Source: Octopus sinensis (Eukaryota). From it: 64,000 nt of DNA. The stretch's first letter is position 1. Each line of letters starts with the position of its first letter. The notes beneath the pieces are model-generated. The model saw only the letters and a program-made list of their open reading frames with translations. It searched no databases and was not told the DNA's origin. The stretch lies in NCBI RefSeq assembly GCF_006345805.1, contig NC_043004.1, positions 11,656,001 to 11,720,000 of the forward strand. Reading direction: 5' to 3'. The translations under genes were made by a program, and so were the position numbers. Below are positions 39,245-52,282 of this stretch, piece by piece.

Positions 39245-41985
39245 GAGAACAAAAATGCTCCGCAAATATAACACCACAGAAAAAGATTTGCCGGAGATAA
39301 AAGAAAAGCTGAAGCAAGATATCCTTGCCAAAGCTCAAAGGATCCGCCGGTACGAGAAACGCCAACGCTTCTTTGAACAGAACAAAAAGTTCAACTCCGA
39401 CCCCAAAAAGTTCTACCAAGAACTAGGCAAAAATAAAATAGAAGTCACTGCAGCACCAACGGCAGAAGAATTGGAAGAATTCTGGGGAGAAATATGGTCG
39501 GCGAACGAACCACCAAAGAAAAGGAGTATCAAAATAACAAACTCGGCATCTGAACAAACTTGGACCCCCATAACAACTGAAGAGGTCACCCAGGCACTGC
39601 AAAGACTAAGCAACTGGAAGGCACCTGGGCATGACAAGATCCCCAACTTCTGGTTGAAATATCTAACAGGAATGCACAAAAAGCTGGCTGAAAACTTTAA
39701 CAACGTACTAGCAGAGCCAGAGACAATGCCTGAATGGCTCACGAAGGGGAAAACCATCTTAATTCCCAAATCAAATGAAACAACAAAACCAGAAAACTAC
39801 AGACCAATAACCTGCCTCCCTACTATGTTCAAGGCATTTACTGCAGTGACATCACAAAGGCTGAACAAGCACCTGGACGAAAACAAACTGTTCCCAGAAG
39901 AGCAGAAAGGATGCCGCAAAGGCTCATATGGCTGTAAAGATCAACTAATGATTAATAAAGCCATAACTGAAGACAGCCACAGAAAGAAGAAAGGCCTCAG
40001 TATGGCCTGGATTGACTACAAAAAGGCGTTTAATAGCATCCCCCACACATGGATCCTCGAAACACTAGCCATTAACAAAGTAGCACCAACAATCATAAAA
40101 TTCATAGAGCACTCTATGAATAAATGGCAAACAGTCCTACACCTCCAAACAAAAGAGGGACTCATGAAAACCAAAGACATCCCCATTAGAAGAGGAATAT
40201 TCCAGGGAGATACGCTCTCTCCACTCCTTTTCTGCTTGGCACTGTCACCTCTATCTGATATGCTAAATAGAACTGGATGCGGATATAAATGTTACGGCAA
40301 AACGATCAGCCACCTTTTATATATGGATGACCTAAAACTATAGGCTGCAAGTGACAAACAGCTGGAAACACTATTAAAGACAATTCATGGATTTACCAAA
40401 GAAATAGATATGAAATTTGGATTAGAAAAATGCGCCAAAGTAACCATGAAAAGAGGAAAACTAGTTAAGAGTAACAACATCACACTAGATGAAGCAAATG
40501 AAATAAAAGAATTAGACCAAAGCCAAACTTACAAATACTTAGGAATCCATGAACTAGATAAGACACAACACACACAAATGAAAAAGAAAATAAAAAAAGA
40601 ATATTATAGACGAGTTAGATCAATACTAAACACAGAGCTCAATGCTAAAAACAAGATAATAGGTATCAACACTTTAGCTGTCCCAGTTATAAGTTACAGC
40701 TACAATATCCTTAACTGGACACGAAATGAACTGACCAAAATAGACAGGAAAACAAGAAAAATAATGACAGGATCTAGGATGCATCACCCAAAATCTGACA
40801 TAGAAAGACTATATATACAACGTATAGAAGGTGGTAGAGGCCTTATACAGCTGGAAAACTACTATAAAATAACCACCATAGGACTGCAAAAATATCTACT
40901 TCAGAAGGAAGGAAAACTGATCCAGATAGCGGCAAAACACGAGCAAAACAAAAAACTGTTCTCAGTATTTAAGGAAGCTGACAAATAAAAACAAGAAATC
41001 ATACCACCTAATAAACATGAAGAAGAAGAAGAAGAAGATGAAGAAACAACAAAAGCTATAAAAAAAATGAAATCCAAACTAAAAATAGAACAGCAACGAA
41101 CCATGATAAAACGATGGCAAGAAAAGCCCCTTCATGGTAAATACTGGACTAAACTAAACGCAAAAGAAATAGACAAAGAAAAATCCCAGCAATGGTTGAG
41201 AAGCTCAGGACTCAAAGCAGAAACAGAGGGATTTTTAATTGCAGCACAAGACCAAAGCCTCCCCACCAGAAATTACCAAAAACATGTAATGACAAGAAAT
41301 ATTACAAGTAACTGCAGAATATGTGGAGATGGACAAGAAACAATAAATCATATTATCTCTAGCTGCCCAGTCCTGGCTAAGAAGGAATATATTCACAGAC
41401 ATGACAGAGTTGGAACTTACATACATTGGAAGCTATGCCAACATTATGGAATAACAACAGAAAAAAGATGGTATAGGCACACACCAGAAAAGGTCACAGA
41501 AAACGAGAAAGCAACCATACTCTGGGATATGCCGATACACACAGATAGAGAAATTAAGGCCAACAGACCAGATATAGTTGTCAGAGATCATGAAGAAAAA
41601 AAATGCTTTCTAATTGATGTATCAGTACCGGCAGATGACAACGTGTCTCTAAAAGAAATGGAGAAACTCTCAAAATACAAAGACCTGGAAATAGAGGTAA
41701 CTAGAATGTGGAATCTGAAAACAGAAACAATTCCTATCATAGTAGGTGCATTAGGCATGATAAAAAAATATTCAGACAAATACATAACAAAAACACCAGG
41801 ACTTACAAACACATATAACATACAGAAAATTGCACTACTAGGCACTGCACACATCCTACGCAGAACACTTTCCATACAATAACCATCAGAGCATCACAAC
41901 AAATCACAGCACATACCCAAGGCACACAGAGCTGCGCTCGGTAGTGAAGTGAAAGCACGCTATAAAAATAAAAATAAAACTACTG
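39244..41985 (+). mobile_element. 5'-truncated R4/Dong-clade retrotransposon, single frame 39255-41882 with two premature stops
   Basis: RT (YRPITCL, GIFQGDTLSPLLF, YMDDLKL), CRIC..ETINHIISSC knuckle, RLE RPD...IDV...EK..KY; stops at 40341-43 and 40986-88; (TAA)n both sides. Confidence 0.95.
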
Positions 41986-42039
41986 AATAATAATAATAAT
42001 AACAAGGCTGGCCCTTTGAAATACAGGTACAACAGAAGC

Positions 42040-42220
42040 AGGAAAAAAGAGAAAGTTGCGGCGGAAGAATACAGAAGGGGTCGCCCCCCTCCCCTGCCGG
42101 AGCCTCATGGAGATTTAGATGTTTTCGCTCAATAAACACTCACAACGGTCTGGGAATCGAAACCGCGATACTATGACCACGAATCTGCTGCCCTAACCAC
42201 TGAGCCATTGCACCTCCACA
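42040..42220 (-). mobile_element. SINE family C
   Basis: Reverse complement of 21527 family. Confidence 0.75.
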
Positions 42221-42260
42221 TAATAATAATAATAATAATAATAAGTAGTAATAGTAATAA

Positions 42261-44441
42261 CTAGCAGTATAGCCCGGTGTTGCCCGGGATTAAGTTAGGA
42301 TTATTGAGTGATCAAGCGCTTTATTTTAAACCAAAAAAAGTGACACCGACATCAAATTTGAGCGAAATCCGTTGAAATTTGTAAACGTTTGGCTGAAAAT
42401 GGGTTGCAGGCAATTTGATTGGGAAATCCCATAAGGAATCGGTTTATCAATTATTTCCACTCATCGATTGTTTTTTATTTATTTATTTAGACGTTAAAGC
42501 ATTCAAAGATCCCATGAGTCCTAAGTAATGCTGGCATCAAGTTTGAGCAAAATATGTCAAAATTGGTTAGAGTTATGGTTGAAAATAGGGTGTAGCCAAT
42601 TTTAGTGGGAAATCCTATAAGGAATCGGTTTATCAATTTTTTATCCAAATGGATGCCTGCTACCGATAGTGTTTGGCTTTGGGATTTGTTGATGGACCTG
42701 GCGAAGCATGGCGTCACCGGGAACTGCGATCTGCAGAAGTTAAACGGTATGTCTGACCGCAAGGGATAAAACTGCATCCTTGAAATGAGAACATTTTCAC
42801 CCCTCCCGCACCCTATAACAATGGTGACCTCAATCAAGTGGAGCGTCAGGGACTTGATTACAAAGCGGGTCCCGTTGCACTTATTAGGCGGAAGCAAGTT
42901 TTTGATTAGCATAATTAGGCATGCAACCCTTATCCTAAGAATGTTATGTGGAAGCCCTGCTGGCTCCAATGATTTGAGAAACTCGATAGGGTAATTGACG
43001 CTCCTCACCCGGAATTCGGCTTATGAGCTGGTCGTTGATAGCACTGACAGCTACGATTTTGGGGCCAGGGTGGCTCTTTCCCTGAGCCAATTGATGTCTG
43101 CATAATTACTTTCCAGATTGGGGAACACTGTTTCCAAAAGATCGGAAGGGGTTGTCCACGGTGTTGCACAGTTCAGAGATGGATATGTCGCCCCTATCAT
43201 TCCTAGGGACCTTCACCAAGCAAGTGCGCACTTATGATTGTGCTTAGGCTTCAGGTCTTAAACTGAAGCCACAACATGGATGACTTAAGGTATGCACACA
43301 CTTCGTCAGCCTGGCTTCCTTTAGGAATGAAAGGAAGGGTTTGCCGGAAATCTCCTGAAGGCAATAGAGTTACACCACCCATAGAAGCTGTAGAATCTCT
43401 GATACCTTTCAGTGACCGGTCTAGTGCCTCAAGGGCACCACTATTGGTCATTGTGCATTCTTCCCATACAATGAGATGGCACTGTCTAAGAACTTCAGCT
43501 TCCTCTGAATTTTTGCCAATGTAGCAAGTAGGAACCTCGGCCCTCACCAAATGTAAAGGCAGCTTGAATGCCGAGTGCGCCGTCCTACCTCTCGGCAATA
43601 ATGTAGCAGCGATTCTCGTCACGAATCTTAGCAAGTATTAATTGTGTTACAAAGGATTTGCCGGTACTTCTAGCAGCATCGAGGAAAAAAATGCCACCCG
43701 CCTGTTTTCCAACGGCACTGACGACAGTTTCGTACAGCAGCCTCTGATCAGGGAGCAATTTCAGTTCATTTACTGTCAGGTACTCCGCAAAGCCATCAAC
43801 GTCATACGACAACTCCAAACTTTGGGAGTGTGTTAACGTCCTGTCGCAATGAGGATGGCAAACCGAATGTATTCAACGCTGCCCCACCCATTTTGAGCAG
43901 AGCATCCTCGATTTCAGTCAGCGCATAATTGTAGATCAGGTCATTGTATCCAATGTCAGCATTAGGGCACTGTTGCTTTACCAGTCACCATTTGCCTTGA
44001 CCACCGAGAAAGCAAAATTACGTACAGACAATTTCATAAACAGAAATGAAAGGAAAAAAGGTTTTAGATTAAATTTTTAGATTAACACTTGCACGATTTT
44101 CACTAAGAAAAAAAATCGGATTTTTTGTTTTTAATCTCCAATTTACCATGAAAAACTCCAGGCTAATTTTTAGATAACACTCACACGATTTTCACTAAGA
44201 AAAAAATCGGATTTTTTGCATGGAATCAACTACCCTGGCCTCCTAATATGTTACAAGACCCTTTTTGTGGTCCGAAAAACGGGATGGGGTATGGTGGAGG
44301 TTTCTATGTTGTTAAATGAATGGATTCTCAACAAAACACTTTTTTCCTCGGCGTAAAATAAAAACAACTCTTTCGCGCCCAAAGTAATGTGTGTGAGACA
44401 GAGGGGGAGAGAAAGATGAACGATTTAAAATATATAAATGA
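42261..44441 (-). mobile_element. Helitron derivative with both termini and decayed Pif1-like helicase
   Basis: 5' A|TC at 44441; 3' hairpin CCCGG..CCGGG then CTAG|T at 42261; helicase motifs GRTAHSAFKLP, GDFRQTLP, NGTRF, FARSINKSQSQTL. Confidence 0.9.
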
Positions 44442-44624
44442 TTTAAAATAAATATATTTCAATTGTTGTGTGAGAAAGTATATATAATCTGATTATAAAA
44501 TATAGTGACATTCAAAAACATCCTAAATTTGAATACTATATCTCGTGTTTCATAAGTCTTGATTTATAATGCAATTTCATAACAGTTATACTCACTACAC
44601 CAAGTGTATTGTTTGTTCCTTCTC

Positions 44625-44913
44625 GAGCCACGCCTGGCTCATAAGGGACCAGTTTCACGGTTTCCTTGGTGTATAGGTTCCCCACCTGAACGGGACGCCA
44701 GTCCGTCGCAGGTGAGCTGCAAGATGCAGGAAGAAAGAGTGAGAGAAAGTTGTGGTGAAAGAGTCAGCAGAAGTTCGCCATTACCTTCTGCCGGAGCCGC
44801 GTGGAGCTTAGGTTTTTCGCTCAAAAATACACACATTGCCCGATCTGAGATTCGAACCCGCGATCCTTCGACCGCGAGTCCGCTGCTCTAACCACTAGGC
44901 CATGTGCCTCCAC
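44625..44913 (-). mobile_element. SINE family C, near full length
   Basis: Head GTGGAGGCACATGGCCTAGTGGTTAG on minus strand. Confidence 0.85.
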
Positions 44914-45749
44914 TACGCCAAGTGTATATTGAAGTATATCTTTCTATGTGTATATGATTGTGCGTCCATATCGATAATAATAGCAGACACGTTCATTCTT
45001 GACATAAAGTACTAGTTAAACGTTGGTTTATATCATCGACTTATGGCCTACCTCAAAATCTGAGACCCCGTGCAATGTTAGAAGCAATTTTGTATGCTAC
45101 TTTTAATTAAATGGAATATTCGTAGAAGTTGCATAAAACTTCTGATTAAAAAAAACATATCAGCAATGAATCGCAAATTATGTTAAATAGCTACTTCTAA
45201 AAAAAACTCTGTTTCACTATCACTTTATCTCTTGCATTTTTTCTCTCCCTCCCTGTTTTCTCACATCTCTCTTCCTTTTCTCCTTCTTTTATTCCTCGGT
45301 TTTTACTGCTCAAAATACTTCTTTCTATCTCGCCATCTCACGCCGTCCCTTACATTCAGTATCTCTCAGATTCATTAACCCTATTCAAACTGTCAGTCAC
45401 TAGTGAAGATTTAATGATTACAGTTATACTACATCCTCCTTCTAAACATGACTGTTCCGTTTATATAACCATTACGCATCCTGGACAATATATTTAAGCT
45501 AATAAATGAATAGAGCAATTGATTGTATAGCAAAGATCAAATAAAAAAAAGTCTCTGAAGAAACAAATAATTGTATGTATCGACCAAAAGGAGTTACTAA
45601 AATTCATAAGACAAAATATATTTATATCTACAGCAGAGTTAGATTCTGAGAATTCTTTGGATTACATAAGGTTTGTAGCTAAAGTGGGAAAGAAAGAAAA
45701 CACGTAGACATTCAGAATGTTAGTAGTCTTGAGTGGTAGATCAAATCAA

Positions 45750-46530
45750 TCGCTTGGCTTAACATGACCATCACATGGGCCCTTGGCAGTCATCAACTGA
45801 GTTCGCCATATTGCACATATTCAGACTAAGTCGACATATTGATACCCAAAATCTTATTTGGTCAACCAAAGAAACGTGTTATTTCTTTTTAACTGCGAGC
45901 AATAGCACTCAGTCTCCCTCAAATTGCATGCTGTCATCTTTAATAAAGAAGGATACATTGGATGGACAATGACTGATATAAAGATGCGATGATTGTGTTG
46001 TGAATGTCTTTGGTCATAAGTATGCCCAGTTCTGGTTGACCTGAGATTAAAAAACAATGGGAACCTACAAATCGTGTTTCATTTTTCCCTTTATCTCATC
46101 AAACTCGAAGACCCTGAAATAGTCAGGGATGCTACCGTTCCTTTTCTGATTAAGATCTATATACCCAACAATGCAATAATGAATATCTAAATACATTACC
46201 GCCAGATACTCACGAAAGAGGTGTTGTGTGCGTCTCTGCACATTTAGATTGTACTTCCAGATGTAGAAAAACATCCAGCAATAATGTTTCCAGTTGAACA
46301 TGACAAAACACCTATGCAATTTTCAGTAGATATCTGAAACCATGGGAATGTTGCCTCCACGTGGATAGTATATTACACTATCACGTCTACAGATGAACAC
46401 AGCATTATAATAGCATTTTTAAGCGAACATATTCAGAGACCATACCGCATTGTTTAATACGATTAAACACTACACGGAAATGACATTTTCAAATGAAGGC
46501 AGCATCGTCAGTGTACCTTCAGTTAATGTA
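45750..46530 (-). pseudogene. Ancient RTE-clade LINE remnant
   Basis: Collinear motifs YTDDAAF (~46500), YGL.I, FSTSGSTI (cf. FKYLGSTI), QYGELS (~45805) across stops and frameshifts. Confidence 0.5.
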
Positions 46531-47583
46531 TAGAGACATCAGACATGACATCCGACATACATTACACTTTGTTTCCGTTACCATTGTGTTTGCAAGTACA
46601 TAAAGAAATACGAAAGCCATGTCTTCCTTTGTACACTACACTATAATCCTGCCTCTATATGAATAAATCTCAAAATGTATGTTAAACAGTACTCGTGACC
46701 AGATATGCACCGTTTTTATATTGTAACCGTCTCAAAAGATATATAAGCCGGCACTCATCTACTCCATATACAAAGCTAGCGCGGAAATCGCCTTTTCAGG
46801 TATACAAAAACAGACGACAATAATTTCTATTGATGTACATTTGCAGCAGATAATCGCGTCACCAGACGACAAGATAGCATATTACAGCAGATCAACTACA
46901 GTGTTTATACTTAACTCTCATTGCATACTGAATAACTTCCATTTACCAGAAACAATTTGTAACTTGATAGTTTATACTAATGTTGTAACATGAACAACAT
47001 CTCTCATATCCTGTTCCTAATTACTTTCGTGGCATGCTGAGTGATGCATTGGGGAGAGTTCATCGAGTGCGAGTTAGAAAATGTCGATACAACAGACGAC
47101 AGCTGAGAATTACAAAGTTCACCAATGTAATTGCAACGTTTTAAAATTGTTTTTAACGTCTAATCACAACGTACACGTCTGACTGAGAAAACTTATACTC
47201 GTACGTAGTTGCATGTATTCATACAAACGTACATAATCACATATATAGATACAACACTATCAATTTATTTACCTATCTCCCCACCTCTCTTCTCTCTCCT
47301 TCTATCTATCTGTCTATCTATATATATATATATATACATATGTGTGGGTGCATATGTGTATTTGTGTGCGCTTGTGTGCGCTTTACACATACAAAAATTA
47401 AATGAAAAATATGTGGAGACTAATAATCAGATCTGTACATAATATATTTATACATGTACATTTATGTGTGTGTGTGTGTGTGTGTGTATAGCATGCACGC
47501 ATACACAAACATACAATACGTATACATACATACACACACAAATATATATATAGATAGAAAAACAGACAGGCAAAGAGACAGAC

Positions 47584-47661
<78 letters not shown>

Positions 47662-47662
47662 G

Positions 47663-47728
<66 letters not shown>

Positions 47729-47939
47729 CAGATAGATGCATACATATATGCATACATACATACCCACACATGTATATATGCATGCATACATACGTACATA
47801 CATACTACGTACATACATACATACACACATACATACATGCATACATACATACATGCATGCATACATACATACATACATACATACATACATACATACATAC
47901 ATACATACATACATACACACACACACATACATACATACA

Positions 47940-47971
<32 letters not shown>

Positions 47972-48350
47972 CTTATGTATGTGCGTGAATGTCAGCATAT
48001 CTCTGTCTGTACGTGTGTATAAATATCATTGCATATTTCCCTTAGCGAGGTTTTTAGGCTCTTACAGGGTGGCTGCAAGGAAAAAAGAACAGCGGATTTC
48101 AATGTGGAGTAATATGCACGTGCTGAAATGCGTTTGGAATCGGCTAAAAGGCATTTACTTATTACCTAAGAACATCAAGACTTGTGGATAGGACTATAGA
48201 TTAGTAAGTTAAAGATTACAGGTTCAAAACCTAGCTTAAGTTAACAAATTCAGACTTACCTCGAGACGATAAAAGAGAATAGCGATGGAACAATTGCAAC
48301 AGCATCTTTGATAATGCGTATTGTGTAAAGCGAATATATATATATATATA

Positions 48351-48653
48351 CTAGCAGTATCGCCCGGCGTTGCTCGGGTTTGTAAGGGAAATAACTATAT
48401 AAGCATTTTTAGAGAGTTACTTCCCTTATATAATAGCAAAGAAATGCATTAAAAATGGGGAAAAATGATGGTAATTTTTTTTTTAAATCGTAGACTCATC
48501 ATAGACGCGCGCTAATACCCAGAAGGGCTCGATATGAATCACGACTATAAGATACCCGCTTTTGGCTAAACTGCACTGCAAAATGTGGGAGTAGTTAGGA
48601 ATCTAAATCGTAGGAGACAGACACTCACACAACTTCACTTTTATATATATAGA
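48351..48653 (-). mobile_element. 303-bp non-autonomous Helitron
   Basis: A|TC 5' end at 48653, hairpin + CTAG|T 3' end at 48351, 3' end closely matching 42261. Confidence 0.85.
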
Positions 48654-48669
48654 TATTATATTAATTCTA

Positions 48670-49297
48670 ATATTATCTTCTTCACACATGCACAAGATGA
48701 CCTTTTACCATCGGAACTAATCATTAAACTTCGATTCATCGCTAAAATGAACCCGTGACCACTGTTCTTCTGTCCAAATGATATGTTTGCGAGCGAAACA
48801 AAGACGGGCTCTTTGATTCTTCTTCGAGATCAGAGGTTTCTTCACTGGTGCCCGAACAAGCAACCCAGAACCTCGTAACCTCCGAGAAACTGTTTTGCGC
48901 GATAAACTCACGGGATATCTCAGCACCACCCTCAAAGTAATCCGTTTGTGACATTCTAACCACAATAGGATTCTGTCTTGGTGAAGTTTTACGAGGTCTA
49001 CCTGCTACTTATGATAACTTAAAACGATCTACAATTTGTTGCACAACACTTCTAGAATTTCCTACTGTAGTTGCTATCACAGAAGTTGACTTGCCCTCTT
49101 GATAAAGACTCACAATTCTTTTGTTTTTCATCACTGAACACTTGTCATCTCTCACAAGCAGCCATGTTGACAGTTGAATGTTCCAATAATGTAAGATCAT
49201 AAGAAATAACTGTTAGACTATTTACAGTCTTCTAAACAACCAATACCTCGGTTAGTAGTTCATTTTTTTCTGAGTGACCCTGAACATTTGAACGCTG
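48670..49297 (-). mobile_element. Tc1-type transposon 5' fragment
   Basis: TA-CAGCGTTCAAA end at 49297; HTH, GRPRKTS, KKPLISKKN..ARL.FA..H..WT..QW..V.FSDESKF; truncated after the first D. Confidence 0.85.
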
Positions 49298-49492
49298 TAA
49301 TTTGGAAGATTGTTCGTTTAGTTCCTCATAACTTACGGAATATATATTTCATTCACTTGTCATTTTCACGAAAGATAGATATTAGACATATCTATGTGTA
49401 AAATATCTAGTCTCGTGTTGTTAATCTTCTATAATAACTATTTCAATACACTTGTTCTTACTGAACCTTATATTATGACCGCTACTGTATCC

Positions 49493-49611
49493 CTCTTATT
49501 GTAAAAAGGTGTGAAAGCATCCCGTTCGTTCAGTGTCACCATCTATCAGGTATCTCAATAGATGGCGACACTGAACGAACCGGTATTTTTCACACCTGTT
49601 TGCCATAAGAG
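49493..49611. repeat. ~119-bp imperfect hairpin (MITE-like)
   Basis: 49493-49546 inverted at 49558-49611. Confidence 0.8.
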
Positions 49612-49622
49612 CGAATGGCGTG

Positions 49623-49770
49623 AGTAAATGGCCTGAGGTCACGAGGTGTTAACGACCAACCTCATATACGGTAATAAACTTCTTATACGAGCTGTTTGCA
49701 AGATTGGTGCACCGGATATAATTGTCTCTGATAACGGAACACAGTTTGCATCCAGTTAGTTTAAAAGATT
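49623..49770 (+). pseudogene. Ty3/Gypsy integrase core fragment
   Basis: SKWPEV...ELFAR/GAPDIIVSDNGTQF with stops and one frameshift. Confidence 0.75.
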
Positions 49771-51320
49771 CTTTCTTTGTATCGTCTATCTGGATCTTTT
49801 GTTGTCCCTTTTTTGTATCACCTATCTGCCTGGATGTTTTGCGTTTTTGTCCCATTTTGTATTTTTTTTATATATAAAATCATATAGCGGCGTACGTACA
49901 CTTTGGTCTCTGATATATAAGTATATAAATATCTAAATCTTGTACGACTCTATTCTTTCTATTCTTTTCTTCTTTCCTTCTTTCTATCAGCCCTTTGACG
50001 CTAACTTCGTTCATTCCACTTTTCGTTCTTTCGTTCCCCCTCTCTCACATTTCCTTGCCTTGTATTCATGCTCATTTTCCTCCTCTCCTCTTTTTACTTC
50101 ACTGTGTCCCTGTCCTTTTTTCTCGACCCTCCTTATTTCTTCTATTCCCCTGCCTCTACTTCTCTCTCTCTCTTCTCTCCCCACGTGACCGGTGTTCGGC
50201 CAAGCCTGACCTTTCTTTCCTGGTTCGACTTCCATCCGTGCAACATCTATATTCCTCCCTGTGACTTTGAAATCTTCCACACACGCCAGCTTAATTTAAT
50301 TCGTCCTTAGTCGAAAGACATCTGTAGTTATGTCCTGTTATTATTTTGTCCTGTATTTGTGTAACATTCTCCGTCTTTTTTTCCGCTCTTGTTTTCATAT
50401 ACATTCGCTGCTTTCTTCTAAGGAATCTAATGCTCTTAGCTTAGTTTTACCTTGGGACAGGCCTTATTGGAGCAATTTCGAGTATAACCAGCCGAAATTG
50501 CAAAAATAATCTAGAACTCACCTATATATATATATATATATATATATATACCACGTAAAATGATATCATATATGAGTGTGCATACGTGTGTGTATGCATG
50601 TGTGTGTATGTGTGTACGTGTGTGCGCGGGTGTGTAATGAAAAGGGTATAAAATATAGTTTGCATACTTATGGTGAATAGCAATATTCCAACATGTGTAA
50701 CTCATTGGCGATATCTCAATCTATTTTAGTTGAGTTACCACCCCTTGCTTGTTGGTTGTGAAAATATTTAAGCAACCAAAGGGAGTATTTTTTGCCTATT
50801 ATTTGCATGAATAACTTCAGTTTAATCGAAGACTTCCACTTCACCATTTTACTACTAACCAATATCCTCGCATGGTCTCCATATAATTAAAAACTATGAT
50901 GTTTTAAAATGCCTATTCAAAATTTTAATTAGAATCGCACTGCAAATTGTGGTTTAGAGCATAAGAATATGAAATTGAGCTAAAGCATTATTTATAAGGC
51001 CATAACATTTTAATTGAAGGGAAATATATTTAACCGGAAGTCTAAACTAGCTTAGACTTACAGTTTCAGTCTCTTCTGGGTGGTAAATTAAATGTAAAAA
51101 AAACAATACAACCACGAAACTATTTTGTTATTTTTTTAAAAAACGAATTTGCTAATTACTTCTTGAAGAAAGCATGGAAGTGTTTCACTGAACAAAAACT
51201 TACTCAATAGGAAGTAGGTTTCGTCTTTCAAATTCTGGTGCAAGCAAAAATAAAATAAAATAAAATAAAATAATAACAATAATAATAACAACAACATCCA
51301 TAACAATAATAATAATAATA

Positions 51321-51385
<65 letters not shown>

Positions 51386-51729
51386 CATTATTATTATTAT
51401 TGGACTCTGCTCGTAGATTTCAAAGCGGAAGGACGTGTGTTCGTGAACTAGATTTTTTCAGATAATATTGTTGTATTTGAAAATTGTTTACGACATTTCT
51501 GTGGCCATGCCGAGTGGGCTCTTGCTGAGCTGAGTCGGACTTTACTCCTTTTGGGGAAAATTTTCAATTTAAATTCTCCATTTTTACATTTTTCAATTTT
51601 AAAATTTGCAAAATGTCCTCGGAGAAGAGTGTCAACTCTTCTCTTTTTGACTCCCCACCCGTTCTGTTGTCGAAAATAACCAAAAACATTTACAAATTAT
51701 TTGTCTCCGCCCTCTCCGCGCCTTAAAAG

Positions 51730-51830
51730 GCAGAGAGAGAAGGACGACCAAAGTCTTGCTAGCACGTGCAACGCTGAGCAACAGAAGGATAAAGAAGAAA
51801 AGAAATGCGAGAAAGAAGAAGAAAGATCAG
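51730..51830 (+). other. Weak candidate exon or promoter-proximal segment
   Basis: Purine-rich open stretch (QREKDDQSLASTCNAEQQKDKEEKKCEKEEERS) ending CAG|GTAATT; weak AAG acceptor; CCGCCC upstream. Confidence 0.22.
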
Positions 51831-52009
51831 GTAATTTCATCTAATGGACGCTACTAGCGTCTTGAAATACCTTTTAGTATTTCAAGATATATATCTGTTA
51901 AAATGAGACGTCAGTGTTATTTTCATTTTTGCGTAGTTTGGACGACAGTTTATTCACCGCATCCTGTATATGTATATATGTGTATATGTATATATATATA
52001 TATATAATA

Positions 52010-52095
<86 letters not shown>

Positions 52096-52282
52096 TACAC
52101 TGCTTTATTTTGAGATTGCTAGTGTTAACAATACCCGAAAATAAAAGAAAAATACATACTGGAGCTCCAAGTGAGCTATATTCCGCTTAATAATATCAAT
52201 GGAGGCAATAGAAGCGGAAACTAGAGGAACATAATTAATAACAACACTCAAAATCAAATATACACATATATTCTTCTACATT

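Noticed and set aside
46060-46330. Exon-like minus-strand segment (TTTCAG..TTC|GTGAGT) and 84-aa ORF
   Set aside because: Contains an in-frame stop and lies collinear within the RTE remnant
48255-48320. Strong minus-strand donor GAG|GTAAGT with short upstream frame MLLQLFHRYSLLSSR
   Set aside because: Acceptor weak and no partner exon; such sites arise by chance in 64 kb
50180-50520. Repeat with CCAGCC-GAAATTGCAA resembling a hammerhead 3' half
   Set aside because: No CTGANGA core; too degenerate to call
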